A stretch of 64,000 bases of DNA from Eledone cirrhosa. Taxonomy: Eukaryota. The translations under genes and the position numbers were made by a program. Below are positions 13,760 through 27,309 of this stretch, piece after piece. Below the pieces are notes generated by a model, which did no database searches, had not been told where the DNA came from, and was given only the letters and a program-made list of their open reading frames with translations. Location: assembly GCA_964016885.1 (NCBI GenBank), contig OZ024754.1, positions 18,910,001 to 18,974,000 of the forward strand, written 5' to 3'. The first letter of the stretch is position 1. The number at the start of each line of letters is the position of its first letter.

Positions 13760-15650
13760 TTGCATATCAGAGCTGGGACTCCTACTTAAACTTACCTATA
13801 GTAATAATTACCTAGACACATATAACCTTAGCAACCTGTGCCCTACAAGACAAGCAAGAGGCAGACCACCTACCATTACCTCAATGGCCAAGAAGACCCA
13901 CACAAATAGATGGAACGGGTGGATCAGAGCCATACGGACACCCGAAAACCTCGATGAACTAAAGAAAATGATTGCACATGCGGTGGGGGCCAGCATAAAA
14001 TTAACCCTTAAGGAACATATGTTCAAATTTAATGGAAAAACATATGCCCAAGAGGAAGGAGCAGCCATTGGTGTTAGCATTGCAGGCGACATAGCTAACT
14101 TATTCATGGTATGGTGGGACAGTAGACTTAAACTTAAACTTAAAGAACAATTAGAAGACCCCTTAACCCTGATAATGTACTCCCGCTACGTTGATGATAT
14201 AAACATCGTAGTTAAAACACCCCCACTAGAGAACAGTCAGGAATTAGAGAAAAACACAATGGAAAGCATCCAGCAAATAGCTAACTCTATCCACCAGAGT
14301 ATTAGAGTTACTATAGACTACCCAAGTAAACACCCCAACCATCGATTACCTGTACTAGACACAGAGCTCTGGTTAGATACCATTAATAACAAAAAACAAA
14401 TCCTCCATTCCCATTATGCCAAACCCATGACTTCCAAATATCTGATCCACCGAAACTCAGCTGTTTCGGACCATACCAAAATCAAAATACTGATTGCGGA
14501 TTTGGTACGGGTGATGAGAAACGTGTCCCGCATGTACAACCCCGAAGAACTAGAGAGACACATACAACACTTCATCCACCGTATGCAGTTCTCTGGTTAC
14601 AATCAGAGAGATAAAATCAGAGTGTATAGAGGAGCCAGAACCAAATGGGAAAAAATTGGTAAATAATGACACAAATGGGACCTGCCCCTTGTATAGGAGC
14701 AAATTTTGGAATAGAATAGAAAGAACTAGGAATAAGGCTAATAGAGTAAACTCATGGTATGATAGCAATAAATACCAGAGTGTAATGTTCATCGATACAA
14801 CCCCTAGAGGTGAATTAGCTTACAAATTTAGAAGGGCCCTAGATATACATAAACTCAATATTAAGATAGTAGAAAGACCAGGTACCTCCGTAAAAACACT
14901 TATTAGCAAGACATACCCTTTTCAAAGACCCCCCTGTATTGATAAGAAATGTATAACCTGTAAATTAAGCCCCCATATTAACTGTAAAACTAGAAATGTA
15001 GTATATAGCATAAGATGTACTGAAGGACAATGTAGAGACAAAAATATAGTGTACATAGGTGAGACAGCTCGTAGTGTAGGGGAACGGATAAATGAATACT
15101 GGCGAGACCTTCAAGATAGTAAAGAATCATCTGTACTCTACCAACATGCTAAAATAGAACATAAGGGTAAATTAGAGAACATAGAAGTAAAAATAGAATC
15201 TACACGCAGAAAAGACGCAATGTTTAGACAAATCACAGAGGCAATAAACATAAAAGAATTACAACCAAAATTAAATAGAAAACATGAGTGGAACAGCAAC
15301 ATCACAACTTACAATTAAGGACAAAATGAAAACACATACGCACATAGAACAAACAACCAACCTGTAAAATGTAAATAAACAAATAAATAAACGAATATAA
15401 ACACACACAGACACCCGGATGTGGCGCATGCGCAGACTGAGCACACAACACACACACAGAAACAAAATGGCGTAGGACAGAACAAAGGAGAGGCACAAAA
15501 ACAAAGAAAAGAATCCCCAGTCACTGAAGAGGGCACAGAATGTGTGACGAAAGAACTTTGACAATATATAAACAACCATCTGGTTGTGGAACCAACCAAC
15601 CAACCGGAAATTTATAAATTCCTAAATTTATAAATTTATTATAATATATT
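13760..15650 (+). mobile_element. 5-prime-truncated Penelope-like element (RT + GIY-YIG), possibly Nematis-type
   Basis: ORFs 13884-14666 (QEEGAAIG, SRYVDD, LPVLD) and 14656-15318 (C..KCITC, CKTRNVVYSIRC..C..YIGET.R..ER, LYQH); 3-prime HHR. Clade assignment is tentative. Confidence 0.9.
15520..15562 (+). ncRNA. Hammerhead motif in the PLE 3-prime end
   Basis: GTCA CTGAAGA GGGCACA GAA TGTGTGAC GAAA GAAC TT TGAC. Confidence 0.6.
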
Positions 15651-16061
15651 GAAGTGAAAGAAACTGGTGCGTATGTTTCTTATTGGCAACATGCCCCTCC
15701 CAAAGTATAACAATATATGCATTTTATATAATGTTTAGAATTATAAATATTATAAACAATACTATTTAAATCAATATTTGTCAATTACATATAGGATTAA
15801 TTATTAGTTATATTTACTCTTGAGAGTATTATTATTTCGATTCAACCAAATCTTATTGTATTCAATACTATAGGTCAAGTTAAATACAGATTATTAATCA
15901 ATTTGGATAAAACGAAAATTATACACGATAAATGTAAACATTTTTTATCCCGATTAGAAAAAGAATGTTTATGATTGGAAAATCTCAGTTTAAAGTTCGA
16001 TGAAGTTGCACCTATGTAGTTATAAGTAATATTATTATTTGTTTTAATAATAATATTAAAG

Positions 16062-16250
16062 GGCGGTGGATTGGCAGTATCGGTAGAGGGTCGGATGCCA
16101 TGCTTTGACGTATAGACTTACGGCCCCTGCTATTCTGAGTTCAAATCCCGCCGAGGTTCACTTTGTCTTTCATTCTTACGGGGTCGATAAAATAAAGTAC
16201 CAGTAATGCACTGGGTAATTGCTGGCCTTGTGCCAAACGTAGAAACAATT
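16062..16250 (+). mobile_element. tRNA-derived SINE (~190 bp), family A
   Basis: A box TGGCAGTATCGG, B box GAGTTCAAATCC, conserved body TTCATCCTTACGGGGTCGATAAAATAAAGTACCAG, ATT tail. Confidence 0.9.
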
Positions 16251-16260
16251 ATTATTTGTT

Positions 16261-17245
16261 TTATATGGTACATTTATATACTAAATTCTTATCAAGGCAG
16301 TTATTTTGTAAAGGGCCTTCAGATTTCCTTCTACAGTTACAGTTCGATTTCATGCTATTTCTATAATATAAACTGTTCGTATTATCATTGTTAATATTTG
16401 TAGGTGTTCTACTATATGTGCTTAAATTATTGTTATTGTTATTCTCAATAACTATAGTATTATTATTATTGTTATTATCGCTAATTATATGTTGGTTAGA
16501 AATAAGAATTCTGCTATTAATTTTTGCAATATTTTGAGCCATATTCATAGTTGTTGAGTAATATTTAAGTGTTCTGGGGAAACATTTATCCAAGGCTTTA
16601 AAAAATAAATGTGCTAAAGGTGTTTTAATAGCTAAAGATGCTGGTGGGGCATACCAAATAATAGATCTAGTTCTCATTTTTTTCACTGATTTATTCTCGA
16701 AATTGCTATTTTTATTTATATTTTTATTTTCATTTTTATTTTTACAGTCAGTTTTATTTATATTATTCCTATTGTTATGAATATTTTGTTTATGATTACA
16801 ATTATTATTTTCTACACATTCAATATTATTTTTATATCCTGCTATATGTAACACTTCATTATAATATCCAGCTTTACTATTAAAAATGGATTTGTTAGCA
16901 GATAATATAGTTAAACGTTGTTGAACACTATTGACTATTGCATTTTTAACACATTTAGGATGATTAGAATAAAAACTAACATAATTTAGGTTTTCATTGG
17001 GTTTATGGAAGGTGTAATATAGGCCTGAGTTTAAATTAAGGGTTATGTCTAGGAAGTTAACTATTTTACTGTTATTTTCTACTTCTAATTTCAGGTCGTA
17101 ATTTTTAAAGAATTCTATAATTATTTTCTTTACTCTATTTAATTCACTATTGCTATGTTTAACTACAGTAAATGATATATCATCTCTATATAAACCACCG
17201 GTAATGTCCGGCAGTTTTCTATTTATCATATTAAGGATAAAAGTA
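16261..17245 (-). mobile_element. Internal fragment of a Hydra-clade-like PLE ORF
   Basis: GGLYRDD, NFLDITL, SNHP, WYAPP, CNCRRK..PL..C..KNLVYKC. Confidence 0.88.
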
Positions 17246-17267
17246 TATATATATATAAAGAATGAAT

Positions 17268-17454
17268 AATTGTTTCTACTTTAGGCACAAGGCCAGCAAT
17301 TACCCAGTGCATTACTGGTACTTTATTTTATCGACCCCATAAGGATGAAAGGCAAAGTCAACCTCGGCGGGATTTGAACTCAGATCGTAAAGGGACGTAA
17401 CTATGCTGGAAAGCATGGCGTCCGACCCTCTACCGATACTGCCAATCCACCGCC
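17268..17454 (-). mobile_element. SINE family A with target-site duplication
   Basis: Full copy flanked by TATATAAAGAATGAATAAT at ~17252 and ~17456. Confidence 0.9.
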
Positions 17455-17658
17455 CTATATAAAGAATGAATAATAACAGGTAGACATCATAAAAAGGTAA
17501 TTTATTCCGTGTGCTTACAAATGTTTCCACGGTGGTTGTACAGCCTAGTTATGCTATGTGCAAATTTACAACGATATATAATATGTTGATTTAAATAATA
17601 TGTTGATTTAAAACTGCACTATTCACAAGTGTTTTTTAACCTTCATATCATGTCTCCC

Positions 17659-17717
17659 TATTTTATCTGACGAAAACGCATGATGATATTTGTTTTTGAA
17701 ATGCGCATAATAAAATA
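17659..17717 (+). ncRNA. Type-I hammerhead ribozyme (TATTTTAT family)
   Basis: TATTTTAT CTGACGA AAACGCA..TGTTTTT GAAA TGCGCA TA ATAAAATA. Confidence 0.8.
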
Positions 17718-17955
17718 CATGGAACTCTTTTAACCATCGTTTGATCTTATATATTATATATATATATATATATAATATATATATATAGTGAAGCTATGTA
17801 TATCTCCTCTGATAATTTGTAATATTTTTTTTACATAGATCTTTAATATGATATAAATACCAACACGCACATATATATCCCAGAAACGATCGTAATATGA
17901 TGATTTTTTCAATATAAGGAACCTGTTCTTTGTTTTTATTTCATTGGTTTTATTA

Positions 17956-17999
<44 letters not shown>

Positions 18000-18029
18000 A
18001 CATATATATATATACATATTGGTTATTAA

Positions 18030-18828
18030 TTCTGCCATGAAGGGAAACCATTGGGCCGGCGGATTTCCAAGATATATCCCCCCCACCAGATCATCACATA
18101 TCCTCCTCCATGTTTAACAGTTGGAGAAGGCAGTCTGGGTCAAATGCTTCTTTTGGCTGTCTCCACACGTATAATCGGCTGGTGGTCGGAAATAAGGTAA
18201 AGGATGACTCGTCCGAGAAAATAACATTCTTCCACTGCTCTAGGGACCAATTCTGTAGGCTTTTACTCCACCCTAAACGCTTCCAACGTTTGTTTTTGAA
18301 AGTAGTGGGTTTTTTATTCAAATCCGGCTTTGTGAAGCTCCCGGTTTTTGTGGAAACTGGGTTCTCGCGGTGGTCATTAAGCTCTGCAGTAATTTTTGGA
18401 GCTGTACTTTTGTGATCATTTCTAACAATTCGCGTAAGAGTCCGACGGTCCCTATCTGAAAGTTTTGGTTTTCTTCCGGAGTTTTGTTTCGACGAGGAGA
18501 TTTTTCCCTCTTTCTCAAAGGCTGTCATTACTTTCGAGACAGTATATCTTGATACACATTTCGGCTGTTTTCGTTACGCTAGCGCCTGCCATACGAGCAC
18601 CAACAATTTGACCTCTTTGAAAGTCCGATAGATCTGTCATTTTAATGAATTTTAATTACCCTTTTCTGATGATATCTGAAAAGAAACAGCAATTTTAACA
18701 ACACATATTAAGCAACACTAATAATAAATCAAAAACATAAAAATAAACAAGCTTTTGACGGTTTTATAGATATTTCAAAATTATGATGCTATGATGCTAG
18801 GTGTTTCCATTATTCTGTCCAACCCCTG
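18030..18828 (-). mobile_element. Truncated Tc1-like DNA transposon
   Basis: SGRKPKLSDRDRR, WKNVIFSDES; one TIR-like end CAGGGGTTGGACAGAATAATGGAAAC next to TA. Confidence 0.88.
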
Positions 18829-20357
18829 TATATATATATATGGAAGCTCAAACTTGAAAAGACCTCGCACTCTCTGGTCTGGTCCGTGGTTGGAAAGGTT
18901 CCCTCAGACAGAGGCGGGTCTGGTATTTGCAACCCCTGTCTTAGTGAGACACTCGAGATACTTCATGGCGGAACCAAGCTATTAAACAGAAGGGCCGACT
19001 TATTCGGTGCCTGCAGACACCCAAGGACAGGAACTTTCCTCAAGCTATATGGATAAACCCCGGTTAAAGCCTCCCACAACGCCCCCCGCCATGTAGGTCC
19101 CCTACACCCCGTACTAATGACCAATGGACAACAACAACCACCCATAGTTTGTGGTCCCTGTGGTGGATGGTCCACCGGATCCTCTACTGGTTAGAAGTCA
19201 TCAAAACCACGTTTTATTGAACCTGAGGACCCCCCCGGGGGCGGCCCACACAGGAAGAACAATTATCCAAAGGTACTAACCCTATACGCATGAATGAGTG
19301 CCCGCAACCGTGCATTGTGTATGTAACTGGGACTGCATGAATGTACACACTCATGTGAACGCAACGTATTACTAATACCCCAGGTTGGATTGATAAATGT
19401 TCGAGTGTACGCTTAAGAGTATATTTCTATATACTCTCTTGTATGAGTGCACATGTGTATATAGACATACACGCGCATCCAGAAGTATAAAAGTGTGGGT
19501 AGGTATATATGTCTGTACTAAGGGATTCGCCTAAGCTCCAAAGCCCCCAAGCTATTGCTGTGAAGATATATATCACACTCTACCTTTGTCTAGTCTAAAC
19601 AATAACTTTTCCAAACACCCACTTTACTTTTCTTTAAAAATAACACCCACCTAGTTTTATGTCTGCCTTATACTTGGATTTGGGGGCCTCTGTTGTATAT
19701 ATATATGCACTTGTGCGTACATATATATATATATACACACACCTGTATGGATTTGTGTGTATAGATGTGTGTGTGTCTGAGGGGGTAGGTGTGAGTGTAT
19801 GTACAAGTCAACCAACATAAGTCTTTTATTTCTAAACTTTCTAAACTATCTAAGTATTTGACTCTAACCATTATTTTAAGTATTACCACCCCACATTAAT
19901 TCCTCAATTTGTATGTGTGGATGTGTGTGTGTGTGTGTGGAGGCGGGTGTGAGTGTATGTGCAAGCAAACCTACATAAGTCTTTTTATTTGTAAATTTTC
20001 TACTCTAACCATAATTTTCAGTAGCACCACTCCAGATAAATTCCTCAATTTAAGAATGACCTGTAGTATCTATTTCATACTATTAACCTTAATTGAATAT
20101 ATATCTGACCAGGAATGCTTTTTGTGAAAATCAGTCATATGGAACTATTGTGATCTTGCCTGACGGTTTGAACTTTACAACACCACCTGCCTCTTTGAGA
20201 TCAAATATCAGCCCTACTAGCATCTACAAACTGACCAATGATAATTAAGACTATTCCTGCTGACAATATTAAATTATTCCTAACAAGCTCATATGTCCCA
20301 AGGCTCTGATACCATCAACACTATAAACACAGAGCTGGCATATCTAAGAACTGACTA

Positions 20358-20413
20358 ATTGCCTGATGAGGTCATAGCCATTCAATGGCTATCATCGAAA
20401 TATATATAGCAGT
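20358..20413 (+). ncRNA. Type-I hammerhead ribozyme
   Basis: ATTGC CTGATGA GGTC ATAGCCA TTCAA TGGCTAT CATC GAAA TATATA TA GCAGT. Confidence 0.8.
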
Positions 20414-20488
20414 AAATAAACGATTATGAGTTCATGCAATTGACTTATGTTTCGTCACTACATATATATATATATATATACACATATA

Positions 20489-21755
20489 CAGAGTGCGGAC
20501 GATATTTGTTCGCAAGATTACTGTCTAGGAATAAATAACACAGTAGTTTTATGTTTTAAGATATATTTATCAAACTTGGGTCAGTTTGTCTTCATGACTT
20601 GTTCTTTCGATCTCACTCGATAAATCCGCCATTGGCTTTGATGACAACCTCAAGGCGGCCTCGAAACTGGCTACAGGCCTTCGTCACTGTCCTCCGACTT
20701 AGGCCCCTAAAGGCACTTGTGATCCTGGCCTTCAGATCATCTTTCGTATTGCAGCTAGATCTGTTGGTGTCTCGTTCCACTGCGCCCCACACAAAGAAGT
20801 CGAGGGGGTTACAGTCAGGCGAGCTGGGAGGCCAGATGTCAGGTGAAGTGTGGTCGACGAAGTTCTGACAGCCAGGCTTGGGTCTTTCGGGTGGTATGGC
20901 AGGGCGTTGAGTCTTGCTGCCACACGTACGGCCTACCTGCAGCTACCTGGTCGATCCAAGGCTTTACTACCTCGCTCAGAACGCGGATGTAGCCATCGGT
21001 GTTCAGCTTGAGGCCTTCAGGGAAGAAGTGAGGTGGCATGACATCACCTTGACTACTGACGACACCTAAGACCAATGTTGTCGCTGGAAACTTTGTCTGC
21101 ATGACTCTGGGCACGTCTTTGGGTGAGACAGCGAGCCACCTGTTGTTCTGGGAGTTGATCTTCTAGTCTTGGAAGAAGTTTTTCTCGTCGGAGAAAAACC
21201 ACAGCATGTCTGGCTCCAGTGGTTGTTTCAACTTGTTGATCAGCTTCTTTGCGTGCTTCAGTCGCTTTTCTTGCATCGCCTTTGACAGAAATTGTCCTTT
21301 CCTCATCTTGTATGAAACGTAGCGAATGTCTTCATGTACCACCAGCCTAATGAGCTTTTCATCAACGCCTTCCTCCCTTGCAATGGCACGCATCGACTTG
21401 CTAGGTTCATTGTTGATGATATCCTGAACTTCAGCGACGAATTCGGGCATTCTGAAGGCTTCAGATCGTCGATCATGTGTTTTCCTCTCTGATGTTGCTT
21501 CGTAGTCGAATCCTGAATCTTCCAATTCCTTTCTGACCTTTTCCACCATTCTCCTGCTGACGCTGAGAAAGTCTGAAATTTCCTTATTTGTCCTCCCGGC
21601 GCGGATTCCATAATTATTCATCATCAATTATTCTGAAAATAAATAATGGAAATATAGTCACTGTTTTTATGAAGACAAGAGTGACAACGGAAGTAAAAAA
21701 AAATTTGCATAAAATTAGCAGTTGAAAATTGCGAACAAATATCGTCCATACCCTG
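20489..21755 (-). mobile_element. Full-length, disrupted mariner-type transposon, DD37D (maT-like)
   Basis: 27-bp TIRs 20489-20515 and 21729-21755 flanked by TA; FFSDEK, WQQDSTPCH, WPPSSPDCNPLD; stop and frameshift present. Confidence 0.92.
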
Positions 21756-21772
21756 TATATATATATATATAT

Positions 21773-23960
21773 AAGGCTGGTAAAATTCCCGAGATCCATG
21801 GACCAGTTCTCTCCAGCGGTCTCTGTCCCTCATCATCGCTGCCATGTCCTGCATCTCCAAGAGACCGGTGTCTGTCCTTAGGGTATCAACATATGTCAAC
21901 CTCGGTCTCCCTCTTCTAGTGTGTCCGTGCAGGGGCTCCCATAGGATCACTGAGTATAGTGTCCACTCTGGATGTCGGTGAGCATGTTCAACTAACCTCA
22001 GTTTCCTCTGTGCCAATTTCGAGATGACTTTTGGGAGGCTCCCGTACCGCTCTGAGTTCTTCATCCTCAGTGTATACTGATTAATGTTCAGAGCAATCCT
22101 CAACATTCTCGTGTAGCACCCAACCACCATCTGGGTGAGTTTCTTGTTTAGTGTCCAAGTCTCAGATTCGTACAGCAGCACAGACTCCACAGCAACGAAG
22201 AGACGGATCTTCAAATCTTCACTAAGTTTCGACTTCCACACCGATCTCAAACTGTGGCACGCCGCCCAGGCTTTGTTCTTCCTCTCAACCACATCATCCT
22301 CTGTGTTTCCAATCTTCTTCTTGATTCTCTGAAGTTCCTCTCTGGTGAAGGGTTCTGTCTCAATATCCAGCTCCTCAAACAGCTGCCTGATCTCCCCAGT
22401 GTTCTGGACTGTGGAGGGCGGCTCTCCTAAAATGGTCCAGCCATTTCCCCTTCCTATTCTCGGGCCATGTTCCCTGGATTTGACTCGAACACCGTCTCTT
22501 CCTCCCTGTGATCTCGTTGATGATCATCCAGCCCTCCTTACATCCAGACCTGTCAACCGCTTTCTCCACACTTCTGATCTTCTCTATCAGTGCCTCTTCT
22601 CTGGCCTCAGTGTAAGTGGTACAGAGTTCTTCCCTCATCACCTCCATATTCTCTTCCTCTCCCCCGTAGGATCAGCATAGAATTGGTCCTTGACAGCTTC
22701 CAGGTGTTCTCTGGCTGCACACACTTTTGGGTCTGCAGAGCTGACGTGCTTCCTTTTGTTCTTTCTCCTCGGCACCAGGGTCTCACTTGATTCCGCCACT
22801 GCGTTGGTGAAGTGCCCGTACCTCCTTGTCACACTCTCCCCAGTCCCTCCAATCTGTCTCCCCTGCCTCTCCACACAGAGCACTGAATCTGTTCCTCACT
22901 TCTACTGTGAACCTCTCCTGTAGCTTATCATCTTCCCTGAAAGCTCCCCAGTCATAGATTGCTCTCCGGGGATGAGCCTTACTCTTTCTTAAGCTCACCC
23001 GGACCTCACTTATAACAAGCCTGTGGTCACTGCCCAGTGTACTGAAATAGTTGTATGGTTCTGTGTTCAGAACACTATTCCACCACTTTTCCCTCACCAG
23101 AATGAAATCAACCCGGGACTTGAACAGATGCATATCTGAGATGTAGGTCCACATCTTCTCCGGATTCTTCCTAAACCTTAGGTTGGTTGCCATAATGTTC
23201 GACTCCAGCAGGATGTCCCTCAGTAGTCTCCCATTTCCGTTGGTGTTTTTATGGAAGTACCAGCAAGGATCTTCACTGCTCTCCTTACTCAGATGTGCAT
23301 TGAAGTCCCCCAGAACAAGCAGGGTGTTATCAGCTGGTGTGGTGTTGACAGCTCTACACACCTCTTCATGGAACTCCTCTGCACTCACATCACTGTCTCC
23401 CCCGGTTGGACTATAGGCTGAGATGACTGTCAGTTTTGGGTTTCCATTGAAGGTCACCCTCAACACTCACGGGGAGACAGGTATGATTTCCCTCACCAAT
23501 AGATTGCTTTTTGCACTGAAAACAAAACCCACTCCTCCCACTGCAGCATTAGTCATGTTCCTCACTGCCGATGTGGTGATGAGCTGGCTCATCTTCCCAT
23601 CATCACACTCTTCACCGGCTCATCGTGTAGGATCCTGTGCTCTTGGATTGTATGTATCTGTATACCACTCTCCTGCAATAGATGTCCCAACTCCTCTCTC
23701 TTCTCCAGTGTCCGAACAGTCCTCACATTCAGAGTGCCCATTTTAATAGCTCTTCTGCAGGACAAAACTGCATTCTTTATATTTGTCTCAGAGAGAGCTG
23801 ATCCATCATCCACTGGCCCTTCTTGAGGCTCTAAACCAGCACAGTCATAACGACCAGACTGCTCCTTGACAGTGTAGTTAGGGGCTCTAACCCTAGTGCT
23901 GTTAAATCCACTCTCCATGGTTCTTTTCAATGGCTGACAATACCTTACCGGCGCCACTCG
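21773..23960 (-). mobile_element. RTE-clade LINE with internal deletion of the RT
   Basis: APE motifs GTLNVRT, IQEHR, SAYSPT, LGDFNAH, VDFIL, SDHRLV; C-terminus LLYESETW..GRPRLTYVD..DRDRWR. Confidence 0.9.
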
Positions 23961-24164
23961 AATAAGGTAATTATTTAACCCATAAATGGGGCCCTAACAG
24001 GTATTACTACTCTGGGTCAGAGCAGACCCGGGAGTGATAACAACACAGGTCCCGAACTCCCGAACTAGCTGTAAATAACGGTTAAAAAATAAATTGACGA
24101 GGTGTATGTGCGAATATTATAGATGGTATTCAAATATTAGGTCTAAATATAGAAACTGGGTATA

Positions 24165-24350
24165 TGGATTGGCAGTATCGGTAGAGGGTCGGACGCCATG
24201 CTTTGACGCATAGAGTTACGGTCCTTGCCATTCTGAGTTCAAATCCCGCCGAGGTTTACTTTGCCTTTCATCCTTACGGGGTCGATAAAATAAAGTACCA
24301 GTAATGCACTGGGTAATTGCTGGCCTTGTTCCAAAAGTAGAAACAATTAT
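24165..24350 (+). mobile_element. SINE family A
   Basis: Same A/B boxes and body as 16062. Confidence 0.9.
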
Positions 24351-24736
24351 TTTATATTGGGTGTAAATACTAAAAATTAGTTTAAGAAGTGTAAAAATGT
24401 ATTAATAAAATAAATATAAAAAGATTTTTATAAAATAAAAATAGTCTATCTATGTCAAAGTTAATAATTTCTAGTAAAAATATATATGTGGGGTATACTA
24501 TTTAAGTTTTATTTTATATCATCAAGTAAATAAAGGAAATTGCTAGAAGGATTTATAAACGTAGAAAAAACGTAAAGAAACTCTATTATAATATGACGTC
24601 ATCTTTTGTTTACAAAATCTACGAATGTTTGAGCTCAAAGGCTTAATATATAATGAGAAAACCAAAATAATGCATTGTAGAGTATAATGAAAGATGTGTA
24701 AGGATAACAGTTACTCGAGGAATATGTTATAGGACA

Positions 24737-26528
24737 TCAGCTATATACTTTGTGAAAGGTCTTGTAGGATTTATGATTACAAAGTCCAAATAAATCGGTT
24801 CTTCTATTTATTATTGTGTTGAAATTCGAGATAATGGTAAATTTTTCAGCTAGACATAAATTACAAACACTAGATATGGAACAATTGGAGTATGGAGATG
24901 CGTTGTAGATTTTACGCCAAGAAATTTCGTAATTTATGATTTTGTCTTTTAAGGACCAAATAAGTTCTGAGAGTGCGGTGCTGGTCCTTTTAAGTGAAGA
25001 TTTAAACGTAGAAAAATTATTATAGAATCTTGCTTTAAAGGAGGTAGAAGTAGAGCCAGTGTAGGTATAGGAATTGGTACTAGTTACCACTTTACATTCG
25101 TATACTAGGTTTTTATCGAGATAGAAATTACTAAGAGGACAATTAGTTCTAATAGGGCAATTGCATTTACGATTAAGATTATTTACATACTTATTGGCAA
25201 GGGGCCCAGGATTAATTATCTTAGCATTAGAAGTGGTGGAATTAACTAAAGGAGGTGCTAAAGTTTCTAGATTTACATTACTATTTGATGGATTCCTCAA
25301 AGTTACGTTTGACGCCGTATTTATACTTGTGTTATTTTGCCTAGAGTTTACATTGACGTCGGGCCTTATACTGTTATTATTATTACTCTCATGGTTGGAT
25401 GCATATGGGTTATTATTTAATATTTTAAAATTATGTCTTGAGATAATTTTTGAAATGTTCGAAGTAGTAGAATACGAGAATTTAATAGTATGCCTATTGA
25501 AAATCTTGCTATATATATGTGAAGGAGGGAAGCTGTTATGTAATGCCCTAAAAAATAATTTAGGGATATTATTAATAACGGAAAGAGAGAAGGGAGCGTT
25601 GTACCAAAGGATATTTTTATATCTTGGTCTCCTCCTTTTGTTAGCAGTATGATTATTACTACCAACATTACTAGAGTTATTATAACCTCTGCCAAGATTA
25701 TGTTCTTTAGTATACCTAATTTTATCTAGATATCCATCCCTAGATAGCGCATTATTATAATAGTTGGCATTAGATTCGAAGATATTCTTATTAGAGGATA
25801 AATTAGAAATTCTTTTTTCTACGCTTTTGACTATGGCAGTTTTAACGTTATTAGGGTGGTTAGATTTAAAGTTAACGTAATTTAAGTCCTCATTATCTTT
25901 ATGATATGGGTAATGTAGGCCGGTATCTAGATTAAGGGATATATCAAGGAAATTTGCTGGTTTATCATTATTCTCGAATTCAATTTTTAAGTTAAGATGC
26001 TTAAATAGATCAAGTATTTTTTTCTTAAGTAAATTAAAGTGTACAGTGTTACAATTAGAGACAGTAAAGAGAGCATCATCACGATAAATCCCACTGCAAA
26101 GTTGGGGTATTTTCCGGTTTAAAGAATTCAAGATGAAAATTCCAACTAAGTCGGTCAGTTGAGCTGAATCCGAACAACCCATGGTGATGTCGAAATTGTT
26201 GGAAGTATCCGCTCTTGTCCAATATTCGTTCTTAAATTCCAAGATGGTTTTCCTAGCGGTGAGAATGATGTTTATTTCATCACTAGTAATGTCCGTATAT
26301 TTTAAAGCATACGAGAGAGCCTTGTTTAGGAGTGAAGGAGAAACAGAAGAGTAATAGCTAGCAATGTCTAATTGAATAAATTTCAGTTTGTTTTTATTTT
26401 TTAGGTCATTGAACCAGTCTATTACTTCAGATGAACCCAACCATAAATTTAGTTGAGATTTATTCTTAACCTGTGGGATAATTCTATCCAAGATGGATTT
26501 ACTAATAACCCCTAAGTCAGACTTAGCA
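24737..26528 (-). mobile_element. 5-prime-truncated Hydra-clade-like PLE with uninterrupted RT + GIY-YIG ORF (>584 aa)
   Basis: AKSDLGVISKSILDRI, QLDIASYYSS, MGCSDSAQLTDLVG, GIYRDD, NFLDISL, SNHP, CNC..CPL, LVYEC..YTGST..FKAR, CNLCLAEK. Confidence 0.93.
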
Positions 26529-27309
26529 TTAAAAGCATTTTGAAGACCGTAAGCTATTGTTTTAAAGTAGTGACAAATTCGGCTTATCTCCCCTGTTTGC
26601 TGAGATCAAAGTGAGTGAATTTGTCACTACTTTAAAACAATAGCTTACGGTCTTCAAAATGCTTTTAATTAAGCATAAAGTGTATTGCAAAATACATTAT
26701 ATATACATCCATATATATATTGCTATTTCAGAGCTCCAATTCTAATTTTTAATTTCTGCCTGACCAACAACTGCTCTGCATAATCATCTCATGATTATTT
26801 ACTAGATTTCTATAAGAATATAACATCAATGATCTCAGTAAACAGGTGGGGTAGTTGGCCTTGATAAGCTTCAACCAAAGCGAAACAAGACTTGTCGGCT
26901 TATCTCCCCTGTTTGCTGAGATCAAAGTGAGTGAATTTGTCACTACTTTAAAACAATAGCTTACGGTCTTCAAAATGCTTTTAATTAAGCATAAAGTGTA
27001 TTGCAAAATACATTGTATATACATCCATATATATATTGCTATTTCAGAGCTCCAACTCTAATTTTTAATTTCTGCCTGACCAACAACCGCTCTGCATAAT
27101 CAGCTCCTGATTATTTACTAGATTTCTATAAGAATATAACATCAATGATCTCAGTAAACAGGTGGGGTAGTTGGACTTGTCAGCTTATCTCCCCTGTTTG
27201 CTGAGATCAAAGTGAGTGAATTTGTCACTACTTTAAAACAATAGCTTACGGTCTTCAAAATGCTTTTAATTAAGCATAAAGTGTATTGCAAAATACATTA
27301 TATATACAT

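Noticed and set aside
16062-16150. tRNA gene
   Set aside because: No cloverleaf; A/B boxes belong to a multi-copy SINE head
17810-17900. CTGATAA..GAAACGATCGTA
   Set aside because: Palindromic stem III present but core is uncompensated and stems I/II do not pair
18853-18920. TTGAAAA followed by a long stem GACC..GGTC
   Set aside because: No GAAA or cleavage triplet after the stem
10608-26491. Selenocysteine recoding in PLE ORFs, as in Naiad-type elements
   Set aside because: Endonuclease is C-terminal and I saw no in-frame TGA at conserved Cys positions; breaks are frameshifts or TAG/TAA
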